Of a DNA stretch of 64,000 nt, positions 48,264-57,114 are shown in pieces (position 1 is the first letter of the stretch; every line of letters begins with the position of its first letter). The notes beneath the pieces are model-generated. The model was not told the DNA's origin, made no database searches, and worked only from the letters and a program-made list of their open reading frames with translations. The position numbers and the translations under genes are program-made. This DNA is from Planctomycetota bacterium (GTDB lineage: Bacteria > Planctomycetota > MHYJ01 > WSZJ01). The DNA lies in NCBI GenBank assembly GCA_038060895.1, contig JBBTCT010000009.1:368082-432081 (forward strand), in the 5' to 3' direction.

Positions 48264-49256
48264 ATGACCGAACCCACCCCCCGACCGGAAGACCCTGCCG
48301 GAAAGAAGCCGACGCCCATGGCGGACTGGATGGCGGTTTGGGCTGAGGAAGATGCCCGGGAAGCGGCGCGGGAGGAGCCGGAAACGGACAAGAGTGAGGC
48401 GGACACGCATGTGCTGACCCCGGCGCAGATCTGGGGGGAGTCGCCGGCAGGGACGTCCGTGGATGTCGTGCCGATCGTTCTGGGGGACGGCGAACCTGCC
48501 GCACCGGTCGTCGAGGAGAAGGCCCCGTCCCGGGACGAACTGGACCCCGCCCTGGACGGAGAGATCCGGCGGCTGCTGGAACGGACGGCGCGCTACGTCA
48601 AAAAGCCCGAGGTGGACCCTCCCGAGGGGGTGAGGACGACTCCCGGCGCTTCGAAGCCATTCCTGGATTTCGAGACCCCGCCTGGAGCCTGGTCGGCCAT
48701 GACGCCGCCGCCGCTGGCGTTCGATGAAGCAGCCAACTACCGGGATGAGACCGGCGGGCGCCTGGGTCTTCTGGATCCCGTTGAGCGCCCCTGGCACAAC
48801 CCGCCGACCCCGCATGGGGCGCCGAAAAAGCGTCTGTCGAATCCGCCTCTCGCCCCGTTTGACCCGCCCTCCATGACGTCGCCACTTCCGGATCCTCCGG
48901 CCGCGCGCAAGAAGCCGTCGGGCCCGCCGAGGACGGAAGGCCAGGCTGTGGTCGCGCCGATCCCCTGGACAGACCCGCCTCCGCCGAGCCAGGCGGCCAG
49001 GGAACGTTCGACCACCCGGAGGATGCGCGATACGGCCCGTCGCGTGAAGGCAGCGATCGCACCCATCGCCGCGGCCGCGACCGCCGAGCCGGCAGCCCCC
49101 TGGCTCACCCTGGGCACGGTCGCCGTCTCTGCCGCCTGGCTTGCGGTCGCATACGCCGCTTCGAACATGGTCTTCGCCGCCGTCGGAGCCGCCTTCCTTG
49201 CGCCCTTCGCCATCTCCGCGCTCGGTGCAGCCGCGCGGCGCGGGCAGCGTCCGTGA
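48264..49256 (+). CDS. Hypothetical Pro-rich protein with C-terminal TM hairpin
   Basis: Low-complexity acidic/Pro-rich body with two C-terminal hydrophobic helices; divergent from rsmE. Confidence 0.6.
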   Translation: MTEPTPRPEDPAGKKPTPMADWMAVWAEEDAREAAREEPETDKSEADTHVLTPAQIWGESPAGTSVDVVPIVLGDGEPAAPVVEEKAPSRDELDPALDGEIRRLLERTARYVKKPEVDPPEGVRTTPGASKPFLDFETPPGAWSAMTPPPLAFDEAANYRDETGGRLGLLDPVERPWHNPPTPHGAPKKRLSNPPLAPFDPPSMTSPLPDPPAARKKPSGPPRTEGQAVVAPIPWTDPPPPSQAARERSTTRRMRDTARRVKAAIAPIAAAATAEPAAPWLTLGTVAVSAAWLAVAYAASNMVFAAVGAAFLAPFAISALGAAARRGQRP

Positions 49257-49627
49257 GTCCGAAGCCCTCCGGGACCTCGCTTCCCAGGCGACAACGCGGC
49301 TGCCTGAACCCCGGAAGTGCCATCGGGCGCCTGGCCTGGCTTTCCCTCCTGAGCGGAGCGGGACTCGCGGCAACCGTCTGGCCCGGCGATCTGGGCGGCT
49401 GGTGGTTTCATGCCGCCGTCTTCGTCTGGATTCTCACCGCCATCGTCTGGAGCTTCTGGCTCGCCCTCGCCATTCAGATGGTTCTGGCCTTCCGTAGAAT
49501 GAAAAATCAGATGGGCGCCACCATGGGAATGATGATGAAGCGCTCAGGTGACGACGACGAGGACGAGCCGAAGGAAGCCGAGATCATCCAGAAGCCCAAA
49601 CTTCCGAACGACGGATGGCCCTCGTAG
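49253..49627 (+). CDS. Hypothetical membrane protein
   Basis: GTGA overlap, two TM helices, acidic tail. Confidence 0.6.
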   Translation: MSPKPSGTSLPRRQRGCLNPGSAIGRLAWLSLLSGAGLAATVWPGDLGGWWFHAAVFVWILTAIVWSFWLALAIQMVLAFRRMKNQMGATMGMMMKRSGDDDEDEPKEAEIIQKPKLPNDGWPS

Positions 49628-49666
49628 CCTGCCCCGCCGGATTCTCTTCCGCGCCCTGAAATCTTG

Positions 49667-49694
49667 TTGACCGGCTCTTCGCGCCGGATAGAAT
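49667..49694 (+). promoter_or_regulatory. Putative sigma70 promoter of rplM-rpsI
   Basis: TTGACC-N16-TAGAAT. Confidence 0.6.
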
Positions 49695-49737
49695 CCTCCC
49701 CCCTAACTTCCGGAACCGAACTCGAAGGAAACTGGCC

Positions 49738-50199
49738 ATGGGCAAGGACTTTACGCGCGTTCCCGGCGTCGACGAGATCAAGTCGAAGTGGTTCATCGTC
49801 GATGCGAACGGGAAAGTGCTCGGACGGATGGCGACCCGCATCGCGACAATTCTGATGGGGAAGAACAAGCCGTCGTATTCCCCTGAGCGAAACCACGGTG
49901 ATTTCGTCGTGGTGGTCAATGCGGAGAAGGTCAAGCTCACGGGCAAGAAGCCCGTGCAGAAGATGTACGACTCGATGAGCCGCGGCGGCAAGCACAATGG
50001 AACCGCCTGGCCCCACGGACTTCACCACACGCCCTTCGAAAAAATGTTGCGTCTGCACCCGGACCGGATCGTGCGCCTGGCGGTGAAGCGCATGCTGCGC
50101 AACACGAGGCGGAACCGCGTGGCGTTCACGAAGCTGAAGGTGTACGCGGGGGACAAGCACCCGCACGCGTCGCAGAAGCCCGAAGCCCTGACCTTTTAG
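49738..50199 (+). CDS. rplM: 50S ribosomal protein L13
   Basis: WFIVDANGKVLGRMAT, GKNKP, GDFVVVVNAEKV, AVKRML, KLKVYAG..HPH. Confidence 0.97.
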   Translation: MGKDFTRVPGVDEIKSKWFIVDANGKVLGRMATRIATILMGKNKPSYSPERNHGDFVVVVNAEKVKLTGKKPVQKMYDSMSRGGKHNGTAWPHGLHHTPFEKMLRLHPDRIVRLAVKRMLRNTRRNRVAFTKLKVYAGDKHPHASQKPEALTF

Positions 50200-50217
50200 A
50201 GAAGAGGACGAAGCCTG

Positions 50218-50655
50218 ATGAGCACTCCGACGACGACGACTCCCGCCACAGTTTCCTCCGTGTCGGACAAGCAGGTCTGGTGGGGGACCGGCCGGCGCAA
50301 GACCGCGATCGCGCGGGTGCGGCTGAAGAAGGGCACCGGGCGCGTTGTGGTGAACGGGCTCGACTACGACAAGTACTTCGACGCGGTACAGGACCGGCTG
50401 ATGATTCTCAGTCCTCTGCAGACCGCGAAGGCCGTGAATCGGTTCGACGTGTTTTCGAACTGCTGCGGTGGCGGGAAGACCGGGCAGGCCGGCGCGATGA
50501 TTCTCGGGATCGCGCGCGCGCTGCTCAAGGCCGACTCGACGTCGGAAATGCCCCTGCGGGATGCCGGGTTCCTGACGCGCGACGGGCGCATGAAGGAGCG
50601 AAAGAAATACGGGCGTCGCGGGGCACGGAGAGGGTTCCAGTTCAGCAAGCGATAG
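50218..50655 (+). CDS. rpsI: 30S ribosomal protein S9
   Basis: GTGRRKTAIARV, GGGKTGQAGA, LTRDGRMKERKKYG, QFSKR. Confidence 0.97.
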   Translation: MSTPTTTTPATVSSVSDKQVWWGTGRRKTAIARVRLKKGTGRVVVNGLDYDKYFDAVQDRLMILSPLQTAKAVNRFDVFSNCCGGGKTGQAGAMILGIARALLKADSTSEMPLRDAGFLTRDGRMKERKKYGRRGARRGFQFSKR

Positions 50656-50671
50656 ACGAAGAGAACAAACC

Positions 50672-50705
50672 AACCCCTCTCGATGTTCGAGAGGGGTTTT
50701 TTATT
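50672..50705 (+). terminator. Rho-independent terminator of rplM-rpsI
   Basis: AACCCCTCTCGA-TGT-TCGAGAGGGGTT followed by TTTTATT. Confidence 0.9.
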
Positions 50706-50713
50706 GCTCCCTC

Positions 50714-50800
50714 GCCCTTGCCCTTGCCCTTTCCCTTGCCCACCGAGGTACGACCCCTGGTTCTACCTCGGTGGGAAAGGGAAAGGGCAGGGGCAAGGGC
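50714..50800. repeat. 87-bp palindromic element with hexamer-repeat arms (REP/MITE-like)
   Basis: 37-nt arms, (GCCCTT)n..CACCGAGGTA and TACCTCGGTG..(AAGGGC)n, 35/37 complementary, 13-nt loop. Confidence 0.85.
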
Positions 50801-50825
50801 CGGGGCGAAACGCTAGGAGCAACGC

Positions 50826-51986
50826 ATGGACTGGGAAAAGTCAACGCGCCTGAAATCGCTCCCGCCGTACCTCTTCTCCGAGATCGACAAGAAGAAGAAA
50901 GCCCTCTTCGCCGCTGGCAAGGACGTCATCAATCTCGGCGTCGGCGACCCGGACCAGCCCACGCCGAAATTCATCCGCGATGCCATGCGCGACGCGATCG
51001 ACAACCCCACGTTCCACCGCTACCCGCTCGATGAAGGCCTGCTCGAGTACCGCGAAGCCATCGCGCGCTACTACAAGCGGCGCTGGAACGTCACGCTCGA
51101 CCCGGCAACCGAGATCTACCCCGTGATCGGCTCGAAAGAAGCAGTGTTCCACTTCCCGCTCAGCGTCATCAATGCCGGCGACGCGGTGCTGATCCCCGAG
51201 CCCGGCTACCCGCCGTATCGCAGCGGTACCGTCTTCGCCGACGGCACGCCCGTGCTCATGCCGCTTCGCAAGGAGAACAACTTCCTCCCCGACCTCGCGG
51301 GCCTCGACAAGAAGGTGCTCGCGAAGGCGAAGCTGCTCTGGATCAACTACCCGAACAACCCGACCGGCGCCGTCGCGTCGCGCCAGTGGATGCAGGACAC
51401 CGTCAACTTCGCGCACAAGCACGGCCTGATCCTCGCGAGCGACTCCGCGTACTGCGAGACCTACTACGAGGACCCCCCGACCTGCCTCTTCCAGCTCGAA
51501 GGCGGCAAGGAGTGCGGCATCGAGTTCCACTCGCTGTCGAAGACCTTCAACATGACCGGCTGGCGCATCGGCTGGGCCGCCGGCAACAAGGACCTCATCG
51601 CCGCCCTCGCCGCCATCAAGTCAAACGCCGACAGCGGCCAGTTCATGGCGCTTCAGAAGGCGTCGGCCGTCGCGCTTGACCAGGGCGACGAGGAGTCAAA
51701 GAAGATCCGCGAGATGTACAAGAAGCGCCGCGACACGTTCGTGGCCGCGATGCAGAAGGCCGGCCTCGCCGCCGAGAAGATGCCCGCGACCTTCTACCAG
51801 TGGACGCCGGTGCCTGGGAAACGGACGAGCGTGGAGTTCATCACGCTGCTGCTCGAAAAGGCGAACGTGGTGACGACGCCCGGGAACGGCTTCGGTCCGA
51901 GCGGGGAAGGGTACTTCAGGGTGGCGCTGACGCAGACGGAGGAGCGGATCAGGGAGGCTTGTGAGAGGATCGCGAAGGCGATCTGA
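50826..51986 (+). CDS. dapL: LL-diaminopimelate aminotransferase (class I/II PLP enzyme)
   Basis: RLKSLPPYLFSEID, LGVGDPD, NYPNNPTGA, EFHSLSKTFNMTGWRIG, TPGNGFG. Confidence 0.88.
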   Translation: MDWEKSTRLKSLPPYLFSEIDKKKKALFAAGKDVINLGVGDPDQPTPKFIRDAMRDAIDNPTFHRYPLDEGLLEYREAIARYYKRRWNVTLDPATEIYPVIGSKEAVFHFPLSVINAGDAVLIPEPGYPPYRSGTVFADGTPVLMPLRKENNFLPDLAGLDKKVLAKAKLLWINYPNNPTGAVASRQWMQDTVNFAHKHGLILASDSAYCETYYEDPPTCLFQLEGGKECGIEFHSLSKTFNMTGWRIGWAAGNKDLIAALAAIKSNADSGQFMALQKASAVALDQGDEESKKIREMYKKRRDTFVAAMQKAGLAAEKMPATFYQWTPVPGKRTSVEFITLLLEKANVVTTPGNGFGPSGEGYFRVALTQTEERIREACERIAKAI

Positions 51987-52636
51987 TGCACGGCAAGAGT
52001 ATCTCGGCAAAGCGCATGCGCACAATTCGCAGCGATTACCTGGAATTGTTTCCTGGATGGAAGGCGATCGGCTCGTCAGGCATGGCTCGTCTCGAACGGC
52101 CGAGCTTGCGCCTCATCACTTTTGAAACTCTTTCTTTTGGCGCGTACCGGCCAACTTGCTGCATCCAAGTCCTGATTGCTCCTCAGGAGGTACTGGGCCA
52201 GGCGGAGCTTCTCCAGACTCTCAAGACGTCGAAGGGTGCACCCGGACTGAGTGTGCCGGATCGCCGGCATGAAGCGGAGTTGCCCTTGATCGCGGCCCGA
52301 ATCAAGGCGGAATTCGTGCCGAGCCCGCTCCAAGCAGCAGATGCCACGGCGATCACTCGCATCTATGAATCATCCGCAACTCCAACGGCGGCCGAAGCTC
52401 TCAGCCTCGCCGCACTCAATGCCTACATGGGCAATTCACTGAAGGCCAATTCTTGGCTTGCAAAGTTCGAGCGGGTGGCGGGGGAACGAGCCGCCGACGG
52501 GCTGCCGGAAGTCCCCGGCCGCATTCTGTTTTCGCGTGCTCTCCGCGAAGCGATCAAAGCAGGTTCATCGTCATCGTTTCTCGAGAGCGTCTGGCGTGAC
52601 AATCATTCTCGACTCAAGCTGCAGTGCTTGGAGTAG
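51986..52636 (+). CDS. Hypothetical protein
   Basis: TGATG overlap with the dapL stop; codon usage less GC-rich than neighbours. Confidence 0.6.
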   Translation: MHGKSISAKRMRTIRSDYLELFPGWKAIGSSGMARLERPSLRLITFETLSFGAYRPTCCIQVLIAPQEVLGQAELLQTLKTSKGAPGLSVPDRRHEAELPLIAARIKAEFVPSPLQAADATAITRIYESSATPTAAEALSLAALNAYMGNSLKANSWLAKFERVAGERAADGLPEVPGRILFSRALREAIKAGSSSSFLESVWRDNHSRLKLQCLE

Positions 52637-52769
52637 GCGTCGCTCATTCAATTGTGTGCCTGCGCACGATTTGCGGCGGGCATCTCGACAGCGACTCATC
52701 TCATTCGCACGACTCGACCTCCGCTCGACTGCGCGCAGCGAGCGAGAGATTTCGAGTAGACTACAGGGC

Positions 52770-53021
52770 ATGGTGACGATCGAACTGACGCTTCCCGACT
52801 CGGCCTTTTCGGCCCTTCGCCGGGCTCCGCACGAGTTTGCAGCGGAACTGCGGCTTGCCGGTGCGATTCACTGGTACCAGCAGGCCCAGATCAGCATGGA
52901 GCGAGCCGCCGAAATCGCCGGGCTGGATCGGGCGGCTTTTCTCGCGGAGCTCGCCCGCCGGAAGGTCGATGTGTTTCAGGTGGACATGGACGACCTGAAG
53001 CGCGAGCTGGGTCGTGGGTGA
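52770..53021 (+). CDS. UPF0175 family protein (putative antitoxin)
   Basis: LAGAIHWYQQAQISMERAAEIAGLDRAAFL; TAGACT 7 nt before the ATG. Confidence 0.88.
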   Translation: MVTIELTLPDSAFSALRRAPHEFAAELRLAGAIHWYQQAQISMERAAEIAGLDRAAFLAELARRKVDVFQVDMDDLKRELGRG

Positions 53022-53502
53022 GATCTGCGTCGTCAATGCGTCGCCGCTGATTTTTCTCGGAGCCGCGCGCAAGCTGCACCTGCTGAAGCTGGCGGGGGAG
53101 AGGTTTCTGGTTCCGGAGAAAGTGCTCGATGAGTTGATGGCTCACGGACCGAGCGACCCTGCCTGCGTAGCCGTTCGGGAGGCTGCATGGATCGAGAGAA
53201 CCCCGACCGGCGCACAGCATGCCAGCGTGGTGCCTTGGGATCTGGGGCCGGGCGAAACGGCAGTCCTGAGCCTCGCTCTCGCGACCCCCGGGAGCCGCGT
53301 CGTCCTCGACGACCTTCAGGCCCGCAAGTGCGCCGAATCGCTCGGGGTGGCGGCATTCGGAACGCTTGGGCTCGTCCTTCTCGCAAAGCGACGCGGAGAG
53401 ATTCCGTCCGCACGGGCGCTGCTTACCGAACTGCGCGAACACGGCATGTGGCTGTCGGACCGAGTTCTCGATCGCGCCTTGGAGGAGGTCGGCGAGGCGT
53501 AG
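53014..53502 (+). CDS. DUF3368 PIN-domain protein (putative toxin)
   Basis: VVNASPLI, VPEKVLDE, DLGPGETAVL, LDDLQAR, GTLGLVLLAK. Confidence 0.88.
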   Translation: MGEICVVNASPLIFLGAARKLHLLKLAGERFLVPEKVLDELMAHGPSDPACVAVREAAWIERTPTGAQHASVVPWDLGPGETAVLSLALATPGSRVVLDDLQARKCAESLGVAAFGTLGLVLLAKRRGEIPSARALLTELREHGMWLSDRVLDRALEEVGEA

Positions 53503-53587
53503 CTACACGCCTTCGCCAGGGTGCTCGCGGAGTTCCACGAACTGGCGACAATCTGTCGGAAGCAGACGACTGCCGTTGCCGGCGCGA

Positions 53588-55009
53588 TCACAGCGCTCCT
53601 ACCCCCGCCAGCGCGCACTCCTCCCGCATCGCGCGGTCCTGGACCTCCAGCTCCGCGGTGTCGCCGAGTTCGCGGAGCACGGCCGTGCCTTCGCCCCAGC
53701 GCAGTCGGGCCTCCTCGGACCGGCCTTGCACGGCCAGCACACGGGCGTAATCGCAGAGGTGCGTGCCTTCGTAGGCGCGGTTGCCGACGTCTCGATGAAG
53801 CGCCAGCGCGCGCTGGAATGCTTCCTCGGCGGGACGGAAGCGGCGGATGCGGAAATGCAGCATGGCGAGGTTTCCCAGGGCGATTCCCTCGGACCGGAGA
53901 TTGCCGACGTCCCGGTGGATGGCGAGGGCCCGTTCGAAGGCTTGCTCGGCCTTCGGAATCATGCCGGTGTCCGTATAGAGGACCGCCAGGTTTCCCAAGG
54001 CGATTCCTTCGAAGCGCCGGCTGCCGGCCTCCTGGTGAATCATCAGCGCTCTTTCGAACGCGCGCGCGGCCGCCTCGTTCCTGCCCATGGCGGCGTAGGA
54101 GGCGCCCAGGTTGCCCAGCGCGATACCGGTTGAGCGCAGGTCTCCGACCTCCTCGTGAATAGCCATGGCCTGCTCGATCGTTCGCTCGGCCGACTCGTGC
54201 CGTCCCGTATCGTGATACAGGGTGGCCAGGTTCGTCAGTTCAACGCCTTCGGAGCGCCGGTTGCCGACCTGGCGGTGAAGCGACAGAGCCTGTTCGTGCA
54301 TCCGCAGCGCTTCTTCAAATCGCCCAGCATCCTTGCACATCATCGCCAACTGACCGAGCGCCATTCCCGTCAAACGCCGGTCGTCCCGTTCCTGGCTCAA
54401 GCGGAGAACCTCACGGAAGGTGGCTTCCGCGTCGCCCACGCGCCCGGTTTCCGCCCACAGGAGGGCCAGGGCGGCCAGGGTGAGCGCTTCCGCACGGACG
54501 TCGCGGGCGTCGCGGTGGGAAGCGAGCGCCCCCTGGAGCAGCGTCTCCGCTTCCCGCGTCCGTCCCGCTCGCTGGGAGGCCTGCCCCGCCCGACGAAGCG
54601 CAACGCCCTTTTCCGCTCCGGATTCGAGGCCGGAGAGTTGTTCCCAGCAGTGCCGGGCATGGTCCGGTTGGGACCTGCGTTCGAGGTGCTCGGCGGCGCG
54701 GCGCAGGTAATGCAGTCGTCCCGCAAGAAAGGAAGTCGTTTCCCGGCCGACCGTGTCGGGCCGAGCTGATTCCATGGCGAATCGCGCATGTTCAGCGAGG
54801 TCGAGCGCGAACGGGTCCGAAGCCTGCGGCCTGAAGATGAACTCACCGTTTTCGGTTCTCTCTGACACCTCGATTCGACCGCCGCACGAGGTCTCGATGG
54901 CCGTGAATGCCAGCCCGTGCAGCCGCGCGCGGTCGCCGGGGAGCTGAAGCTGATACGCCGCATCACGCAGAAGCGCGTGTCTGAACACGTAGACGAACTC
55001 GGCGTGCAC
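53588..55009 (-). CDS. Tetratricopeptide-repeat protein
   Basis: N-terminal FRHALLRDAAYQ; about 40-aa repeats G.RR.EGIALGNLA.LY; AGGAG RBS. Confidence 0.88.
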   Translation of the reverse strand: MHAEFVYVFRHALLRDAAYQLQLPGDRARLHGLAFTAIETSCGGRIEVSERTENGEFIFRPQASDPFALDLAEHARFAMESARPDTVGRETTSFLAGRLHYLRRAAEHLERRSQPDHARHCWEQLSGLESGAEKGVALRRAGQASQRAGRTREAETLLQGALASHRDARDVRAEALTLAALALLWAETGRVGDAEATFREVLRLSQERDDRRLTGMALGQLAMMCKDAGRFEEALRMHEQALSLHRQVGNRRSEGVELTNLATLYHDTGRHESAERTIEQAMAIHEEVGDLRSTGIALGNLGASYAAMGRNEAAARAFERALMIHQEAGSRRFEGIALGNLAVLYTDTGMIPKAEQAFERALAIHRDVGNLRSEGIALGNLAMLHFRIRRFRPAEEAFQRALALHRDVGNRAYEGTHLCDYARVLAVQGRSEEARLRWGEGTAVLRELGDTAELEVQDRAMREECALAGVGAL

Positions 55010-55050
55010 AGGGTCATCTCCTATCGTGAACCCGGGGGCGCGCGAATCCG

Positions 55051-55680
55051 CTAAGGCGAGGCAAGAAGACGCACCACGTCATCGAGCGAGTAGTGCTCGA
55101 ACATCCCGATTCCCAGAGCCGCACGCATGACACCGTGTCCATGGTCGATCCGCAATTTCACTTCCTTGACCGTGTGGCTCGGGTGCGCGGCCGTCGGGCC
55201 GGTGTTCTTCATCGCCGCGAGTGACATCGCCTCAGCCTCTTCCCAGAACGCGGCGACCGGGTACAGAAAGCGTCCGTCTCCCTGGGCTGACTCATACAGA
55301 TCCTCCTCAAGCACGACCCAGGCCGGTTTCGCCCCTGACGCCGCTTCGACGCGCCATCGGATCGGGCGGGGGACTTCCTTGAGCGGAAGCGAAGACCGGA
55401 AATTGTCGGACCAGTTCTTGAGTGGAGGAAGTCCGTCGCCTTCGGGGATGGCGGGAAGAGGAATGCCCCTGGAGCGGACGTCATCGGGACTCAGGCGTTC
55501 GCCGCGGAAGTTGCGATATGCCTGCTGGTGGAAGGCGTCCCAGGCGAGCGACCCGGCGGCGTGGAGGAGCCAACCCTGGGCCTCGCGGAACTGAAGGACG
55601 CCCTCAAAACCCTCCGCGCCGAGGAATGCGACGACGCCTCCGTCGAGTTCGCGGAAGTCGAAGGCCTCGGGATCGGGCAT
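55051..55680 (-). CDS. Hypothetical protein
   Basis: Plausible globular ORF filling the gap; TAGGAT 6 nt before the ATG. Confidence 0.65.
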   Translation of the reverse strand: MPDPEAFDFRELDGGVVAFLGAEGFEGVLQFREAQGWLLHAAGSLAWDAFHQQAYRNFRGERLSPDDVRSRGIPLPAIPEGDGLPPLKNWSDNFRSSLPLKEVPRPIRWRVEAASGAKPAWVVLEEDLYESAQGDGRFLYPVAAFWEEAEAMSLAAMKNTGPTAAHPSHTVKEVKLRIDHGHGVMRAALGIGMFEHYSLDDVVRLLASP

Positions 55681-55742
55681 GGCGGCATCCTAACGCTCTT
55701 GCCGCCGGAGACAAGCCTGCGCATCCTGGCTTTACCGGGCGT

Positions 55743-57059
55743 CTAGGGGATCTTGTACCGGAACCAGGTCCCGACGTGGGACGGCATGCGCGGCTGCCCT
55801 GACGGCCTGCTTGCGGAGCCAAACACCCAGGCTTTGCCGCTTTTCTCGTCACCGTGCGCGGCGAGGCCGAGCACTCCGACCTTGACGGAGGTTTTCAGTT
55901 CGAAGTTCCCCGCGTCATGGATCTTGAGGAACCCGTCTACCGTGAACAGCAGGTACTTTTCCGACAGGGCGATGCCGCTGAGGCTGGCGCTGACCCGGCC
56001 GCACTCCTGCAGGTCGGCGAGGTAGCTTTTCGCCAGACGCACCACGGCGCCCGTCGGGGTGATGGCGAATCTCGCGTCGCGGCTGACGAGAATCCCCGCT
56101 GCCGAAGCGGCGTAACTGGCGGGCTGTGACAACTGGAGATCGAGTCCGCCCGGCTTCGAAGCGTCGGCTTTCCAGGACATCCATCCCTGGTACTGGTAGA
56201 CCCGGTCGCTTCCAGGGACGAGCGTAAAAGGTCCGCCGGCCATGCGACCCGCCGGGACGATGGCAGCCTGTTTTTCGGAGTCCAGAATGATGACCGAGGA
56301 ATCGAGCGCGCCGAGCGCGATGGCATCGTCGATCGCGTGGACGTCGACCAGCTTGTGCTCGATCTGGAACGCCTTCCGGGCGGTCATCGCCGGAAGGTCG
56401 AACAGGCAGATCGTGCTCGGCGCCACCACCCACAGCGTGCGCTCGCCTGGAGCGATGCTGAGCGAAAGCGCTCCCTTCGGCGCTTCGACGCTCGCAGCGA
56501 CCTTCATGGTGGCCGTGTCCAGCGCGACCGCCTTCCCGGCGCCGTAGTCGAGAAAGTAAATGCGGGAAGCGTCGGCCGAAAGCACGGTACGCCCGATGAA
56601 GTTGCACGGCCCGTCCATCCTTGCTTCGGGCTTCAGCTCGGAATCTGCGGCGAGCCGGATCGCGTCGTCTGCATTCGGCGGCGGCTTCCCGGGCGGCACC
56701 GGAACCGGATTCGCCCCTCCACTCCCCATGAAAGTGATCGACTTGATCTTCTCAAGCGGTACGTCCAGCTCTCCGAGCGATGTCGTGATTTTGAAGGAGG
56801 TGATACTCAGCTTTCCGACGATCGTGTTGGTGTCGAACAGCTGGATCGTGGCCTGGTCGCCCTTCATGGCGAGTCGCGAGACTTTCGAAATCTCCAGCTC
56901 GACCTTTCCGACGTCGCTCTGCACCGTCAGCTTTTCGAGATCCACGGTGCCGGTGAGTTGGCTTCCTTCCGTCGTCTGGATGGAGGCCTTCGTTCCTCCC
57001 GCAGCAGCCGGCAGGGAGAGAATCGCGGCAAGGAGAATGATCAGGCCGCGGTTCTTCAT
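55743..57059 (-). CDS. Exported protein with duplicated small beta domain and YncE/YVTN-like beta-propeller
   Basis: Signal peptide MKNRGLIILL; two G.L..E.L.V.S..G.V.L...KI repeats, Pro linker, propeller blades. Confidence 0.75.
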   Translation of the reverse strand: MKNRGLIILLAAILSLPAAAGGTKASIQTTEGSQLTGTVDLEKLTVQSDVGKVELEISKVSRLAMKGDQATIQLFDTNTIVGKLSITSFKITTSLGELDVPLEKIKSITFMGSGGANPVPVPPGKPPPNADDAIRLAADSELKPEARMDGPCNFIGRTVLSADASRIYFLDYGAGKAVALDTATMKVAASVEAPKGALSLSIAPGERTLWVVAPSTICLFDLPAMTARKAFQIEHKLVDVHAIDDAIALGALDSSVIILDSEKQAAIVPAGRMAGGPFTLVPGSDRVYQYQGWMSWKADASKPGGLDLQLSQPASYAASAAGILVSRDARFAITPTGAVVRLAKSYLADLQECGRVSASLSGIALSEKYLLFTVDGFLKIHDAGNFELKTSVKVGVLGLAAHGDEKSGKAWVFGSASRPSGQPRMPSHVGTWFRYKIP

Positions 57060-57114
57060 GGCGACCCAGTATAATTCGCGACGACGCTGGTCCGCGGTTT
57101 TGTTGAGGAGACGG

